Shown here in pieces: positions 23,431-36,300 of a stretch of DNA of 64,000 nt; within the stretch, counting starts at the first letter, position 1; every line of letters begins with the position of its first letter. The translations under genes and the position numbers were made by a program. The DNA comes from Azolla caroliniana (Eukaryota > Plantae > Polypodiophyta): NCBI GenBank assembly GCA_043228905.1, contig JBHGNT010000005.1:9734001-9798000 (forward strand), written 5' to 3'. A model generated the notes under the pieces. That model was not told where the DNA came from, ran no database searches, and saw only the letters and a program-made list of their open reading frames with translations.

Positions 23431-26400
23431 TGTTGAGCGAGCAAGCTCAACTGGATCGGATTGAAACCGGTAGGCCGTTAGAGGCCTACGGATCCAGCCT
23501 AGTATGTAGGCATATTTTTGGGAGTCAGTGTTAATCGCTCATATGAGCATTGAAGTACCTGTCAGTACTTCTGTCAGTCCTTTATGGACTTGTATAAAAG
23601 TGCTCTTTGAGCACATTCTATGTACAGAGGATTATTGTTTTTGAATTGAGTTTATGTTATGTTCTCTCTGTCTCTCCCGTGTATTCTCTGTGTAAGGTCT
23701 CCATTAAACCTTCTTCTCTACGTTCTAGTGGTATCCCGTTGAGCCGGTTTGTCATATGCTTCTGCATATTAACTTTAACATGGTATCAGAGCGCGAGGGT
23801 TGAGACTCATCTGCAGCTAACAAACGCTTTCGAAGACAAACCCTAACACCCAATGAAGAACAAAAGAGAACCAAGATGGACAGAGGTATGGCAAGTTCGC
23901 TTCCCACAGAAAAGCTCGACTAGAGCAACTATGCATCTTGGTCATATAAAATGCATCAGTACCTACTCGAGCATGGTTACTGGAGCTATGTGGAAGGAAT
24001 GAACAATGTAGTGCCGGAGACGGCACACAAGGACTTCCCGGCATGGGAACAAGGAGCGAGCTGAGTGTTATATTGCCCCGCATCCTATGTGCACAATCAG
24101 ATGCCCGGTTATATCAAGGATGCAAAAACACTGAAGAAGGCCTGGGAAAATCTTCGAAAGATTTTCACCGCAAGTACCACAGCCCGTAAGTTGCAGCTCC
24201 GGCAAGAGCTGAACAACATCCGGCAGAGAGATATGTCGGGTACGGACTACACCACCAAAATAAAGGAGATTTGTGACACGCTCAGGTCCATCAATGTGAC
24301 GGTGGACAAAGACGAATTCGTACAAATCTGATTTGGAGAAGCCATCGTCCTTCTTCGACCTGCAATCGATGTTGATGGTCGAAGAAAACCATGCGAGTGG
24401 GTGGAGGACCACTCAACCGGACAATCGGATGTTGTACACGGAGGTGGACCGGCCCCGTGGGCATGGAGGACGAGGTGGGTTGGCACGCAATGGAGGCGGC
24501 CGGCAAGAGTAGAATCGAAGGCACTGAGACAGTGCCGAAAATAGTTTCGGACCCTCCACGAGCAGGGGGAGTCAAAACAGCACTAGAAACCGTCGGAAAA
24601 ATCCGGATCCGGCAAGGCCGGACAAGGAAACCGGCAAAGCTCGCACTACGCAGAAGGATCGGAAGGATTTGGAACCGGGAATACTGGCAAAGGCCAGCCT
24701 TCGTGATGAAGCAGAAGGCGAAATCGATGAAGAAGACCACTTCCGGATCGGAGGAAGTGTGGTACGTCGATTCCAGAGCATCTAATCACATGACAAGCCA
24801 TGAAGAGTGGTTCTCGTTTTTAGAGAAACCGGAACAATCGGGAATTTTCAAAACTGGAGACGACACCCCTCACCCGATTGTGCATTTCGGAGAAGTCCCT
24901 TTAAGCCATGTCCAATAAAAGGGAAAGTTGATGAACGTACATCATGTTCTGACAATCACAAAGAACCTAGTGTCGGTCGGACAAATCGAGGAAGAGGGCC
25001 GGATAATCGCGCAAGGGCATAGAGACGGGAGGATGTTCATCCTCAACACCAATGACGTAGGCACTGCCTTGTTTGCCAAAGGACAGAAGACTGAATCGGA
25101 CATCAATCTCTTGCACAAGCGGATCGGCCACGTCAACTACCAGAGGCTTCAAGACCTACAATCGAAACAGGTTGTTCTTGGATTGCCGAAATTCAGTGGC
25201 CGGAAGGCCCAAATATGTGAAGCTTGCCAACTCGGAAAGCAACACCGACTTCCATTCCCCACTAAACAAAACCGGAGCCCTAACAAGCTCGATTTAATCC
25301 ATTCGGATGTATGGGGACTGGCACAGAATGTTAGTCTTGGCGGGAGTCGGTATTTCGTCTCCTTCATCGACGATTACAGCTGGCACACATGGATCTACCT
25401 CATTGAGAGGAAAAGTGAAGTCTTCGACTGTTTCCGAAATCTACAAAGCCTAGTCGAGAGGGAAACAGAAATAAAGATCAAGTGCCTGCGATCGGATGGC
25501 GGAAAAGAATACTTTTCTGGCCAATTCAACAGTTATCTGCAACAAAAAGGAATTCGGAGAGAATTTAGCTGCTGATACAGACCGGAACAAAACGGTGTGG
25601 CCGAGAGAAAGAACCGGTCGATTATCGATGCGGCGAGGACAATGCTGGAGGAGAGAAGCATGTCGAGGTTCTACTGGGCTGAGGCAGTCCAGACGACCGT
25701 CTACATCCAAAACCGGATCGGAGATAAGGTGTCAGCACATGCGCTATATTTCGAGCGAAAGCCGAATTTGAGACACCTTCGGATATTCGGTAGCATGGCA
25801 TATGTGCATGTACCGGATAAGAAGCGGAGGAAGTTGGATCCAAACTCGGAGAAGTGCATACTCGTCGGCTACTCACATGAACAAAAAGGGTATAAGTGTT
25901 ATAACCCCTAGACTAAATAGGTTCGAGTAAGTCGAGATGTCGAGTTTGATGAGTCGGCATCCTAGTACACTCTACCGACTCCAACTGCCGACGAAGACCC
26001 GATTCCGAAGGATGAGGCTAGTGAACCCGGAGAGGTTCAAGTAGAAGATGAGGAATTCTATACTCTAGAAGAGAGTCCGATCTCATTTCGGCTGAGCGGG
26101 CCAAACGATGGACTGAGTCGGAATGACCAGTCGGATGAAGAACCAACGAGTAGTGGAGACTCTGTCGTGCTCTCCCCGCACAAGGAACCGAGGAGACGGT
26201 TCATGCACAAAGAGAAGGGGAAGAAGAAGATGTTGGGATACAACACCGGCAGTGAAGGGTCAGATCGGAGCGAATCTAACTCCAGAAAGGATGAAGGCGG
26301 AACTTCAGAAACGAAGTCCGAACGGGCCAAGGGCCTCAAACCACCTACCGAAAAATTGCGTCGGTCAACCCATCAAAAGATCCCCGTAAAACGGTACAGA

Positions 26401-27995
26401 TACAATGAGTACATGGTGCATCACTATGTGTACATGACCAAGGTGGCGAAGTGCGTGATCCGGAGAGCTACGCAAAAGCAGCGAAAGACACAAATTGGTG
26501 TGTTGCTATGGAGGAAGAAATATAGGCACTCGATGCCAACGACGCATGGGACCTAGTTGACCCTCCCTATCATTGTAAACCGATCGGTTGTAAGTGGGTA
26601 TATAAGGTAAAGTACAATGCCAACGGTTCGGTCAACCGGTACAAGTTCGGCATGACGGAATGCCGATCGATCTCCACACCCCTAGACCAGAACTTGAAGC
26701 TACGTCCCAACTCCGGACTGGCCTACAATGAGAAACAGTTCTGACAAATTGTCGGAAGCCTTATCTACTTGACAATCACCCGACCCAACATCAGTTATCC
26801 GGTCGGAGTGATCAATCAGTTTATGCAGAAGCCGACCATGGAGCACCTTCAGTGCGCGCATCGGCTATTGCGATATGTGAGCGACACAAAGGACTGGGGA
26901 CTGTTATACCGACACGGTATAGTTGGGAAGCTAGACAGATATATGGATGCCGACTAGGTTGGTGATGCATCGGATCACCGATCCACCTCCGATTATATGT
27001 TCTCTCTTGGTAGCGCGGTTGTTGCATGGAGCAGCAAAAAGCAGCCAACAATGGCTCTATCGAGCACTGAGGCTGCATACCGGAGCGCTACCATTGCCAG
27101 CTATGAAGCCATCTGGCTTTGACGACTGTTGCGAGACCTCTGGATCAAGGTGCCGACCCCAATCCAGATCTACTGCGACAACGTAAGAAGCATATTGCTC
27201 GCTAAGAAACACTGTATTCCATGCTCAGACAAAGCACATAGAAGTGCATTATCACTTTGTCCGTGAGCAGGTCCTGAGCGGTGAAATTGAACTTCGGTAT
27301 GTTCGCATGGATCGGCAGGTTGCCGACATCTTCACCAAGCCACTCGGATCGGACAAGTTGCATCACTTTTCGGAGATGCTTGCCATTTAGCATGTCAACG
27401 TGCCGCACTTGAGGGGGAAGAACGGGAACCGAAACGGGTAATGGCACTGGACAAGGAGCCGGAGAGAAAGAGAAACGAACCAAGACTGGGGAGATAAGAA
27501 GAAAAAATAAGCCAAGTCGACTGGAAAATTCGACACATCCGAACGAGTCGGAGCAAGTGGCAATGACGACAGACTCAAGAAAGACAGAGCCGACTAGAAG
27601 AAGGCCAAGACCCAGACGCAGTCCGATGTGGTGAAGGGCCTGAAAATGATATCCAAAACCAGGAGCCAGATCAGATTGAAACCGGTAGACCATTAGAGGC
27701 CTACGGATCCAGCCTAGTACGTAGGCATATTTTTGGGAGTTAGTGTCAGTCGCTCGTATGAGCATTGAAGTACCTATCAGTACTTCTGTCAGTCCTTTAT
27801 GGACTTGTATAAAAGTGCTCTTTGAGCACATTCTATGTACAGAGGATTATTATTTTTTAATTGAGTTTATGTTATGTTCTCTCTATCTCTCCCGTGTATT
27901 CTCTGTGTAAGGTCTCCATTAAACCTTCTTCTCTACATTCTGTTGGTATACGGTTGAGCCGGTTTGTCATACACTTCCGGATATTAACTTTAACG
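23431..27995 (+). mobile_element. Ty1/copia element, degenerate, with most of RT deleted
   Basis: 5' LTR 23431-23780; PBS TGGTATCAGAGC 23781-23792; gag, protease (VWYVDS), integrase (HSDVWG, FIDD, LRSDGGKEY), RT/RH pieces; 3' LTR ~27659-27995 missing its 5' end and PPT; TSD GTGTT/GTATT. Confidence 0.93.
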
Positions 27996-29207
27996 GTATT
28001 CAACAATATACCATGGAAACAAAGATGGAAATTTATACTTTCAAATAATATGAAAAAGAGTAGTTGAAATGTCTTCCAATGCCCTAAAAGTGGCATGTGA
28101 TGCATTTAAGTATTGCTCCATTAAAGACATAAATGGCTAACTTTAATTTCTAAACATTGTGGATGTCTTCAGTTTCTTGAAAATCGATATAGCAACTTGG
28201 TATTAGAACAAAAACTATGAAAAGATATAAAAAAGGTCCATACAATAGTAGAAGGATAGTTCTAGGTTAATGGTCTTTTGTGTCCAATTTGAAGGAATCA
28301 ATGATTTGTTGGTTCAAGTATATGTTGGACCCATGTGAATCAATATCTTGCTCATTGTCAAAGCCTTTGAAGGCTTCAATCACTCTAAATAAATACTAGT
28401 GATATTTTTGTTTCAAAATACGCAAAAGAACAAAAGCAAAATGATTGTGGAAAACTATTTAAATGCTATGATGATTGAATGTTTTCTCGTCAAACAAATC
28501 CATGTGATGTTTAACAAGGTAATCACTTCTTCAATGAGTGGTAGATTAAATCGCCTAGCAATGGAGAGAGATGGTTGGATATATGGATAGGGTGGGTGAC
28601 ATCGAAACAAGTAAGAGTGTCAGAAACTTTACTAGCTTAAGATGATCTAAGAGGGGGAAATACATTAATAAGGTTGCATGCATGTAACCACCTCAAGGAG
28701 ACACTAGACCAAAGATTGTCCCATCATTTCATGAACAATCACTCACATGTAGGCATATGGGAATTACTTTTTCTCACTATTATAGTATCCACAAACCCAA
28801 TTTCTTAAAGGTACCATTAAAGAACATGCTGAAATTATCATAATTAAATCCGTTGCATTTCATGGACGAAATAGTAGACCAACACTTGGCAGAAATTTGG
28901 ACAACTCAAACAAACAACAACTGATTGAGAACTAACAAAACTGTTGGCCTCTGAAAACAGAGTAGACTAGAACAACAAACTGATAAAGTGTGATGATGAG
29001 TGGGCCTTAGAGCAAAGCTCGTTCTACATCTAAGAACAATGTGGAATAATCGAGAATGAATAGAGATGTCGGTGAAGATGACAGATCTATTGCCTAGCCA
29101 AGAGAGCAAGGAGGTCGGGGGCAAAAAAACAAAGGTGTAAGCTCGAGAACATCGAACCTACTGTCTAAAAAAAAAGACGGTGACGACGGCAACAACGACG
29201 AATCAGA

Positions 29208-29472
29208 AGGGGGGGGGGGGGGGGGTGTATCCGAAAAAGAGCAGGTGCGCAAGAGGGTGGTCGAGAGACCGGAGGGGAGATGGTGCCGCTCACAGAGAAG
29301 GAACAGACAAACAAACAGAGCGGGCCAAGCGACACATCCATCCATCCATCCATCCATCCATCCATCATCGAAAGGATAACACCCTACACACAATTACACA
29401 CACACAATTACAGAGTAGTGAAGCAGGAGAAGAAGAAGAAGAAGAAGAGATCCAACCAATGAAGGAGAGATA

Positions 29473-29506
<34 letters not shown>

Positions 29507-29517
29507 ACACACACACA
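29208..29517. repeat. Microsatellite cluster: poly-G, (CATC)n, (GAA)n, (GA)n(CA)n upstream of the DUF179 gene
   Basis: Directly visible. Confidence 0.9.
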
Positions 29518-29613
29518 GAAAGAAAGAAGAAAAGCGAAGGGAGGGGTGCGTGCGTTTGGGTCCTTCTCCCTGAAAACGCAGAGCAGAGCCAAGGAACAGA
29601 GCACCCAAAAAAA

Positions 29614-29800
29614 ATGCAAGCTCCTTCCCGATCCTTCATCCAGGATCAGCCCTTCCATCGTCTCCATCATCATCATGGGACCTCCTCCCTCCCTTCTATC
29701 TCCATGGCTCCATCAAATACAGCTAAAGCTTCTCTACGATGTACCACTGTCTTCCTGCTGAACAAATCCATCGCCATATCTCCAGTCTTCGGAAATACCT
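29614..29800 (+). CDS. DUF179 (YqgE/AlgH-family) protein, exon 1 (putative plastid transit peptide)
   Basis: ATG 29614, S/T-rich peptide, donor T|GTAAGT at 29801; phase 1 joins exon 2 in frame. Confidence 0.65.
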
Positions 29801-29864
29801 GTAAGTCGTCCCCCACCCCTCCTTCACAAATCTGTTTTTCTTCTTTTGTTTTTGTCCATTCTTC

Positions 29865-29906
<42 letters not shown>

Positions 29907-31000
29907 TCTGTGTTGGCATAGTCATATTCACTTGCATAGATACTGCCTGTTCTTTGTACCTGTGACTTAGTTTTTCCTTTTAATTGTTGTAGTTATCAAA
30001 GAAACTTGCAATTGTGCAGATCTTCGTAAAAGGACAATAGAACTATAGTTTTATTGCATTTGATCGGATATTTCGTCAAAAGGATTCTGCATTTGTACAT
30101 ATGAGTCAGTGGTCTCTTTCTACAATTATCAAAGAAACAGGAATCTCTAGGGAAAAAAATATGTGCATCTTTAACCCAAGTTTTGCGCTTTGTACTTTAC
30201 ACCTCTAATTTGTAAAGGCGAAAAGAAAACCTTATCCCTACTTTATCTGCATTTTATCAGATATGTTGTGAGCAGATTATACTTTTGTCTGGATGAATTA
30301 GTTCTTTTTATTTATTTATGAAAGAAATTTGTGACCAGCCAAGATCTATGAAACAATTAGAGCAAAATTTGTGCATCCTTCACCCTACCCATACTGCATT
30401 TTATCAGGTATGCAGTGAAAGGACTAAGCCTTTGTATGTATGAATTCCTTCTTTTCTTTATCAAAGAAACTTGCAATCCGTAAAACACTGTATTAATGGG
30501 GAAAGAAAATTAGGGCAAAATCTGTGCGTCTTAATTAGACATAGTTTTTACTGCATTTTGTATGTGAAGCTATCAAATATTCGTAAGGGTCAGTACCAAG
30601 GTATGGGATTTAATTTATCTAACCTAAATTGCTCCCAAACTTTGGCTAGTCCAAATGTTTGTTAAGCTAGAGAAATGCATATGATTAACAGTGCAGTCCC
30701 TTGTTAGATGCAAATGTTTGAAACAGAAATCTTTCATCAGGTGTACATCTCTTTTCTTGGCTAGTAATCATTCCAGTGATATCACCAGCTATCTGAATCA
30801 TGGCTGTGACATTTCCTACCCAGTTTAACATGTCATTAATCTAGCTAAAATTGCTCTTACCCTAACCTTTATGTTTCCATCTGATGTAAATTATTGCTAA
30901 GGACACATTAAAAAACGCACATGATTGGCAGTGAGAAATCATGGTTGGGTGTGAAGATTGGAGATGGAAAATCCTCATCAGAAGACAGTTTCTTTATTCG

Positions 31001-31145
31001 TTATTCATCATTCGAAAAATTCAATTTCATTATTTTTTATTCATCATTCAAAAAATTCAATTTCATTATTTTTATTCATCATTCAAAAGATTCAAATTCT
31101 TTACTTCTTATTCATCATTGAAAAGATACAAAATCTTCATTTGTT
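31001..31145 (+). repeat. Intronic ~36-bp minisatellite, about 4 copies
   Basis: Repeated ttattcatcattc(g/a)aaaaattcaatttcattattt, progressively degenerate. Confidence 0.85.
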
Positions 31146-31236
31146 ATAAATTGTTCCAAAGACATGTTAGTGATCATTCGAAAGATGAATTGAAGCATCA
31201 TAACTGAATCACTGTTATGATTTTTTCTTTTTATAG

Positions 31237-32084
31237 ATTGTAAACATGTTTGTAGGGCATCGGAAAAAGCAAACAATAATCAAGGCAATTCCTCCGAGGA
31301 AGATGATTTTTACAGCATACAAGATCCAAAGCCTACAGTTGGGAACACCAACAAGAGTGAACCTTCTAACCAAACAAGTAGTATAGAAGACTGGCGAAGT
31401 TTCCGAGCTCGGCTAGTTGCTTCTGAATCCACAGATGGGGTATCTACAGAGCAACAGAATGCTCCATTACTTGCTAACAAATGGGCGCACCCTATTCTTG
31501 CACCAGAGACAGGGTGTCTTCTTGTTGCTACAGAGAAACTCGACGGCCAAGCACCATTTGAAAGATCAGTTATTTTGCTTCTCCGATTGGGCTCTATCCA
31601 ACCGCAAGATGGCCCATTTGGTGTCATTTTGAACCGTCCAATCTTGAACACCATCAGTGAGTCTGAGCCAATAACACAAAAGATGGCTCAAATCCTCCGA
31701 AATAGCTTGTTATTCTATGGTGGCCCCCTGGCCACACATATTTTTCTAGTGAAGAAGGAAGGCAGTGGTGACCAATTGAATGGGTTAGAAAAGATAATGA
31801 ATGGTATTTACTATGGCTTTTCGGATGGGTCCCAATTGCAGCACGTTGAAAAGTTTGCAAAAGCCGGCGAGGATAAAGGCCATTTCCGTAATTTCTTGGG
31901 ATATGCCGGTTGGGATTTTCATCAATTGGAAAATGAAATCAATGAAAAATTTTGGTACGTGGCAGCATGTAGCCCTGACCTTATTATGGAGACACCTAGT
32001 GAGTCCTTGTGGCAAGAAATCTTGATGGCAATGGGAGGAGAATATGCAGAAGTAAGTAAGAGAACAAGAACGGATGGCATATGA
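31237..32084 (+). CDS. DUF179 (YqgE/AlgH-family) protein, exon 2; about 344 aa in total
   Basis: Acceptor tttttctttttatag at 31236; DWRSFRARLVA, WAHPILAPETGCLLVA, FERSVILL, GPFGVILNRP, FYGGP, FLGYAGW..QLENEI, LWQEIL..MGG. Confidence 0.92.
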
Positions 32085-33065
32085 AAAGAGGTAATGACGC
32101 AGAAAATGGTAGAAGAACAAGAATGGATGGAATATGAATGTGTTATATCAATATATTATCATCATATGTTGGGTGGGAGTTGATTTAGTTACTTGTTTCT
32201 AAAAGTCATCAATTTTGAGGCTTGTACAAATGTATAGCAGCATAATGGGATACACTTTCTTAACAATCAGTCAGTTAATACCTGTGGATTCCATATTTGA
32301 TCTCTTTTTATCATTAACCTGGGTCCTAAGTGCATGCGGCCTGCCATTATTAATAAATACTATGGGCGGTGTCCTATCCATTAATGCTATGATGAGAGAA
32401 ATTTTGTTTGTTTTAAGAGGTTTTATGTGTATAAGATGGGTTCTCTCTTCGATGATCTCGTATTGCCGCATGGGACCTTTATGTGGATGATCTTATTTGC
32501 ATGACACTGCAATTTGAATTTTAGTAGCTTTGAAGTTTCTAGTCTCATCATGCTTATTTAACCTTGATTTTTGGGACTATAAAATTGTGCATGTGATACA
32601 ATAACAAAGAACCAGGGAACTTGATGTGGTATGATCTCCTTCGTCTTGGTTTTTGGTTTCTTCACATGCAAGAAGGGCCTCCCAATGCACTTATGGTGAG
32701 AAGTTTGTACCCCACAATGACTTGAGGTTTGAAAACTGCACACCTTTTGATTGTCTAGATCAACCGAGGTATTCTCTACTTGGAATTGATAAGGACTCTT
32801 AGAATCCATTTGTTTTATCATTTAGTTTGAACACGCTTATGATTGTGGAGGATTCACTTTTGCATGCTCGGTTTTAGCTAACTTGGGGAGAATTGCTTCT
32901 TGTTTTGAGTTCATAGAATTTCATAAATATCCTATAAGGAATGGATCTTGCATCATAAAATTGTGGTAAAGCCATAATTTATGAGGTTCTTGAGAGCCAA
33001 TGCCATTGCATGATTGGACTTGAGGAAGTACCTCAACATGGAGTTGAGCAATGTACCATGTGCAT

Positions 33066-33301
33066 GTGTGCCACAATGCTATGTACTCATGGCATTGGCA
33101 TGCTACTAATTAAGTAGCTCATACATACATTTAAGAAGAATTAGGAGGGCCATGTGTATATGTCCACATACATACCATGTGTATATTATATATGTGTGTA
33201 TATGTGCCACAATGCTACGTACTCATGGCATTGGCATGCTACTAATTAAATAGCTCACATGTAGCTCATACATACATTTATGAAGAATTAGAAGGGCCAT
33301 G
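33066..33301 (+). repeat. Local ~90-100-bp direct duplication
   Basis: tgtgccacaatgcta.gtactcatggcattggcatgctactaattaa...agggccatg at ~33068 and ~33203. Confidence 0.85.
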
Positions 33302-36300
33302 GTAGCATGGATTGTGATTCCACATAGAAGAGAAGCATAATGAGCTATTAATTGAATCCACCCTTCAAGAAGCATTTCACTATTTTTGAGGCTTATCAAA
33401 AAACATTGTCAATCCAAACGATATTTAGAAGACAATTCCAACATTTATAGGCTCATCAAAAGATAATGTAATTTGGACACTTGGGCACCAAAAAGAATGG
33501 AAGGGACCTTAGTAGAAGAGTATGTGTTATGAAATCATATCCAACGCGGCTCAAGTGCAAAGCCAACTTAGGATATGAATGCTTTCTTGTGGAACATCTT
33601 TTGTGATAGATCTATGTCCCATGTATGCACATTGTGGAGATATGGACACTATAGCCCCATACAATCCAAAGTCATTTGGTATGCCGACATTTGCATGCAC
33701 CGTAGTTTTGCTCATATTCATCTACAATCATTATGTGAGGAATGTTGTGTGCCATTAGTGTAAACCATATAACACATACGTATGTACACAAGCTAATGCG
33801 ACCCATGTAATCATTTTCAACCCAGGGTAGATTTGTGATTGGTCAAATGTTGATGAGATTGTTCTAGATATTACACCTACAAATAGTTTTGAAGTTTGAC
33901 GTGAATAGTGAAAGATATCTCAAAAGTGATTGTAGAATTTGTCAAATCACCATGAGAATGATGATTGACGTAGGGATGATAAGAAGGGGTATATAAATAG
34001 CTTAGCGCACATAAAGCAAGAAGAGGCTTTCATGTGGAGAGAAGAGAGAATGAAGGACCAAGCAATATGGATTTCATCATGGAATGTAGGCTCAAAACTC
34101 TTATTGGTCATTTTCCTTGCTACCTATATAATGGGTAAGGGATCCTAAGTTTATTTTAACATGGATTGAAACCTCAATTGCCTTTATGAAGGCTTCAATT
34201 GATCATAGTTTCAATATCATAGCTTGATAAATAGTGTTAACCTTGTTTATGCTTTGAATGGATATATTGTATTGGATTTCGATGCATTATCTTTTCCTAC
34301 AACTGTAAAGTTTTCACAACCTTCAACATAAAGCTTTATATTATTAATTGGGATGGGATACAATTGAGTTGCAAAAACTTTTGATACATTTTAGAGAGTT
34401 GTTGAGATGTGTCTTTAGGACGACAAGGTTCTTCATGCTTGGGGAAAAATGTCTTTACATGCTTTAAAGAGGTTTGGGATGTGTGCTCATGACTACTAAG
34501 GGTTTTAAGCTCAAACCATGAGGTGACATCATCCAAATAATAAGAGTATTTTTCGGATTAAAGAAAAGAGTTTGAGGACATTGTCATCCAAGAGTAACCT
34601 TGTGTGGGCAAGGTTTTGATTTGTATTACGATCAATATATACATATATTAAAGTTGTATACCGAGGTAAATTTCTTTCATAGTAACATTTGAGTCTAGCA
34701 CAGGAAAAGTTTGAGACGTACATTAATTGAGTACAAAACGACATTTAATTGCATAGATTTAATGGGCAATTAAGATATTAACCTCTTTGTTTAAGTATAG
34801 AACACATAAAATGGTGACACATACATCAAACCGCAGCTTCATTCAACGTGGCTTCGAGTCCTTCCAATAGGGAACGAGTTAAAGCTAACTTTGAGGCATG
34901 GAAGATGGAATTGGTTAAATTATTGTTGATATTGACTTCTCCAATTGAAGAAAAGGTACTAACTTTCAAAAAGTATTGTACCCTTTGACTAAATATGGGT
35001 ATTATAAATTTATACCGTGTTTCAGTTAATATACATACGACTAAAGTTGCAAGTTGTGCTTATTATTTTTCATGGACTTTTTACGGACTTACACAGTCAT
35101 ACATTTTACCTATGTGTATTACATCCACATGATAGTGTCTTTGCAAAATCAATGGCGCCAAATTATTCAATTAACAAATTGTCTAGTAAATTTACTACCA
35201 ACTTTGAGAAGCACCTCTAAAACCACAATCTTTTATATATTCCAAGTTTCTTTAGTGAATTTCATAATTCTATAACTTCCAAGGTTATGTGGGATGTTGT
35301 GTTTTACTTACCATTTTACCTCTCAGGTCTAATTTATTTCTTGTATGATCATTTACTCACATTTATTCCATGTGTTCATCAAGGTGTATATATGTTTATT
35401 CTAACCAGCAACATATATCGAAGTCTTGAAGTTAGATATCAAGGTATTATATGTCACATTTCATTAAAAACCGCTCATATGATTCGATGAATCCTATGTA
35501 AGTTTTGCCTTCCTCAATGGAATTAGGTAGTAGAATTAGTAAGACATGTCCACAAATGTTTTGATTTCTATGTGAGAGCAATAATATACTTAAGGAGAAT
35601 GTATGTGGCGGTCGAGGATGTCTCAATTTATAGGCTCACTATTGTCTTGTGTCCACGTTGAGATTCTATACTATTTTCTCGTATCCACGTCAAAAATCTA
35701 CCCTAAAAGAGAAGTGATTTATGTTGCCAAGATGATAGACACAAACTTTCCAAATGCAATAGAATACTTCATGGCTAAAGTAAAAGCAATGGACAAAAAG
35801 CTTTCGAATAAACCACTCAATCTACAATTTCATTATAAGAAGCTGGCTGAGCCATTCCCCAAGACATTCCAATACACCTAGTGTCCAATATGTTGCTATG
35901 GATAGCCAAATCCACGTCCCTATTCTTAATTCCGAAAATATTTAAAATATTGTCTTTGTAGACAATCGTCTTGGACATATCAAGTTTGTCAATAATCAAT
36001 AAAACCAATTGTGCATATATTTTGGGACAATTCACATGCATCCTACATCTTTTTCATGAGCAATGGAAGGTTATCGATCACCACATATATTGTACGAAAT
36101 GAATATATGTAGATCAAGATTACTGCTAATTTATGACTAGTGACGAGAATAAACTACAGATTCATCAAAACTTTATAACCATGATAATTTTAATAGAAAC
36201 GTGCAACTCCACGTAGATGAGAACTTATATAAACATTTATGAAATTCAAACATGAAGCAAACTATGTAAAGTCAGCTACTTTATCGTTTATGGAGCATTA

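Noticed and set aside
29165-29368. Short minus-strand ORF (MMDGWMDG...) as a real gene
   Set aside because: Start codons derive from the (GATG)n microsatellite and the prolines from a poly-C run; no homology recognised.
31001-31145. 36-bp repeats as a CRISPR-like array
   Set aside because: Head-to-tail units with no unique spacers, intronic, eukaryotic context: an ordinary minisatellite.
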